From Thermoanaerobaculia bacterium (GTDB taxonomy: Bacteria; Acidobacteriota; Thermoanaerobaculia; Gp7-AA8), in assembly GCA_016650215.1 (NCBI GenBank), contig JAENWF010000010.1, positions 1-41,888 of the forward strand: 41,888 nt of DNA. Reading direction: 5' to 3'. The position numbers and the translations under genes are program-made. Every line of letters begins with the position of its first letter. Position 1 is the stretch's first letter. Positions 40,532 through 41,888 of the stretch are shown piece by piece. The notes under the pieces were generated by a model. The model did not search any database. It was given only the letters and a program-made list of their open reading frames with translations, and was not told the origin of the DNA.

Positions 40532-41134
40532 ATGGCGCCCAAAGCAGACGAAGAACTAGACAAACTCGAGGAAGACATCCGTCGGCTGAAGAACGCGTAC
40601 GATCAGTTCTTCGCCGGCATGCAGAAGACCCCTCCGATGTTTCTACGGCGGAACATCGAGGCGAATATCCACGAGCTCAACAAGCTCAAGATGCGCGACA
40701 ACATGCGCCGCTACCGCTTCAACACTCTCATCACCCGCTTCAATCAGTTTCGCGAGATGTGGGGCCGGCGCATGCGCGAACGCGAGGAGGGTCCGCTCGA
40801 TTTTCGTAAGCGGCAGGCCGCTCTCGAAGCACCGATGGAGGCTCTGCCGCCGCCCCGCCCAACTTCATCGAGCGAAACGTCCGGCGAGGCCGATCCGTAT
40901 GTAAAGGTAGCCGGGGGCACCAGCAGTGATGAGGTCCGCAGGCTGTACGACCAGATCCAGAGCGAACACTCAAAACTCGGTAAGCCTTCGAATGTCACGT
41001 ACGAACAGCTCAGCGCCATGGTCGAGAAGCAGGGCGAGATGGTGCGCTCGAAATACAACGTCAACGCGGTCTCGTTCCGAGTCGAGACCATCGACGGCAA
41101 AGTCAAATTGAAAGCGAAGCCACTCCAGGAATGA
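40532..41134 (+). CDS. MXAN_5187 C-terminal-domain-like protein
   Basis: LKNAYDQFFAG..PP, RFNTL...W and C-terminal VSFRVETIDGKVKLKAKP, recognised from memory of this family. Confidence 0.7.
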   Translation: MAPKADEELDKLEEDIRRLKNAYDQFFAGMQKTPPMFLRRNIEANIHELNKLKMRDNMRRYRFNTLITRFNQFREMWGRRMREREEGPLDFRKRQAALEAPMEALPPPRPTSSSETSGEADPYVKVAGGTSSDEVRRLYDQIQSEHSKLGKPSNVTYEQLSAMVEKQGEMVRSKYNVNAVSFRVETIDGKVKLKAKPLQE

Positions 41135-41844
41135 TGATGAAACGAATGCTGATTCTCGCCGCGTTGATCGCGGTGACCGCCTGCGCGTCACGCCCCGACA
41201 ATCCATACGAGAAAGATCCGTTCTACGCGCGCTACCTCAACAGCGGCAGCGCGCTGGATCAGCGGATCAGCGAGACTCTCGCCGCACTCCGTACGAATCC
41301 CGATTCCCCCACGCTTCACAACAACCTCGGCCAGTTTCTCGTCGCGAAGGGTTTTCCCCAGGATGCGGAGCGCGAGTTCGAACGCGCCATCAACGAAGAC
41401 GGCCGCTTCTATCCCGCCTGGTACAACCTCGGCCTCGTCCGCGCAGGGCACGACGACTACTCCGGAGCGCGCCGGGCATTTCATCGGACGGTCCGGCTGA
41501 AAAAGGGGCATCCGCACGCGCTGTTTCAGCTTGGCTTGATCGAGGAGAAGCGCGGCGACTCCGAGCAGGCGATCGCGTACTACGCGAAAGCGATCCGGCA
41601 CAATCGCGCGATGCTCGACGTGCGGTACAACCCTCAGATCCTCGACAGCAAGCTCGTGTATCTGGTGTTGCTCGAGAACTATCCGCGCTCGCACGCACGC
41701 GACGCAGGGAAGTTCGAGATGACCCCTTCCGGCTATGTCGAGCCGCAGCGCGAAGAAGTGTCGCCCGAAGCGCAGGCCAAAGACATCGTGACACCGACCG
41801 CGCCGGTGACAGATCCCGCGACGCAGACACCGCCTCCGGGGTAA
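41131..41844 (+). CDS. TPR-containing lipoprotein
   Basis: Lipobox VTAC, three to four TPRs (LHNNLG, AWYNLG, ALFQLG) and a Pro/Thr-rich tail. Confidence 0.88.
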   Translation: MMMKRMLILAALIAVTACASRPDNPYEKDPFYARYLNSGSALDQRISETLAALRTNPDSPTLHNNLGQFLVAKGFPQDAEREFERAINEDGRFYPAWYNLGLVRAGHDDYSGARRAFHRTVRLKKGHPHALFQLGLIEEKRGDSEQAIAYYAKAIRHNRAMLDVRYNPQILDSKLVYLVLLENYPRSHARDAGKFEMTPSGYVEPQREEVSPEAQAKDIVTPTAPVTDPATQTPPPG

Positions 41845-41888
41845 CAACCGCCCAGATTCCGGACGAAGGTTTGTGTGGCGGCGGGCGC

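Noticed and set aside
1-41888. Selenoprotein (UGA readthrough), tRNA, rRNA or riboswitch
   Set aside because: None recognised by eye, and the peroxiredoxin has ordinary Cys codons. tRNAscan-SE and Rfam scans would be needed to exclude them firmly.

Overview
High-GC bacterial chromosomal segment. The gene content (PadR with a membrane partner, MXAN_5187-like and DUF4388/J/TPR proteins, aroD-aroE fusion, pssA beside an Asd-like gene) suggests Acidobacteriota, possibly Thermoanaerobaculia; this is inference. Most of the window is housekeeping: smc, pssA, bcp, purC, trpE, aroDE, recO, ispE, 2-oxoacid:ferredoxin oxidoreductase alpha/beta, plsC and selA. The most unusual part is a ~2.9 kb accessory island after smc (4321-7250). 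It has three small co-oriented orphan ORFs bounded by degenerate integron attC-like half-sites (RYYYAAC after the stop, GTTRRRY before the next ORF) and no integrase in the window. A short inverted-repeat element (GGGGTCAGGTCTCCAC...GTGGAGACCTGACCCC) sits at each ORF junction. A toxin-antitoxin cluster follows: intact hicBA, a truncated HTH antitoxin and an orphan brnA whose toxin is reduced to three codons. The window also holds several REP/REPIN-like palindrome families (some translated inside proteins or supplying stop codons), two inverted heptamer-repeat hairpins, and many genes that look leaderless. All calls were made by eye from the sequence and ORF track; no searches were run.
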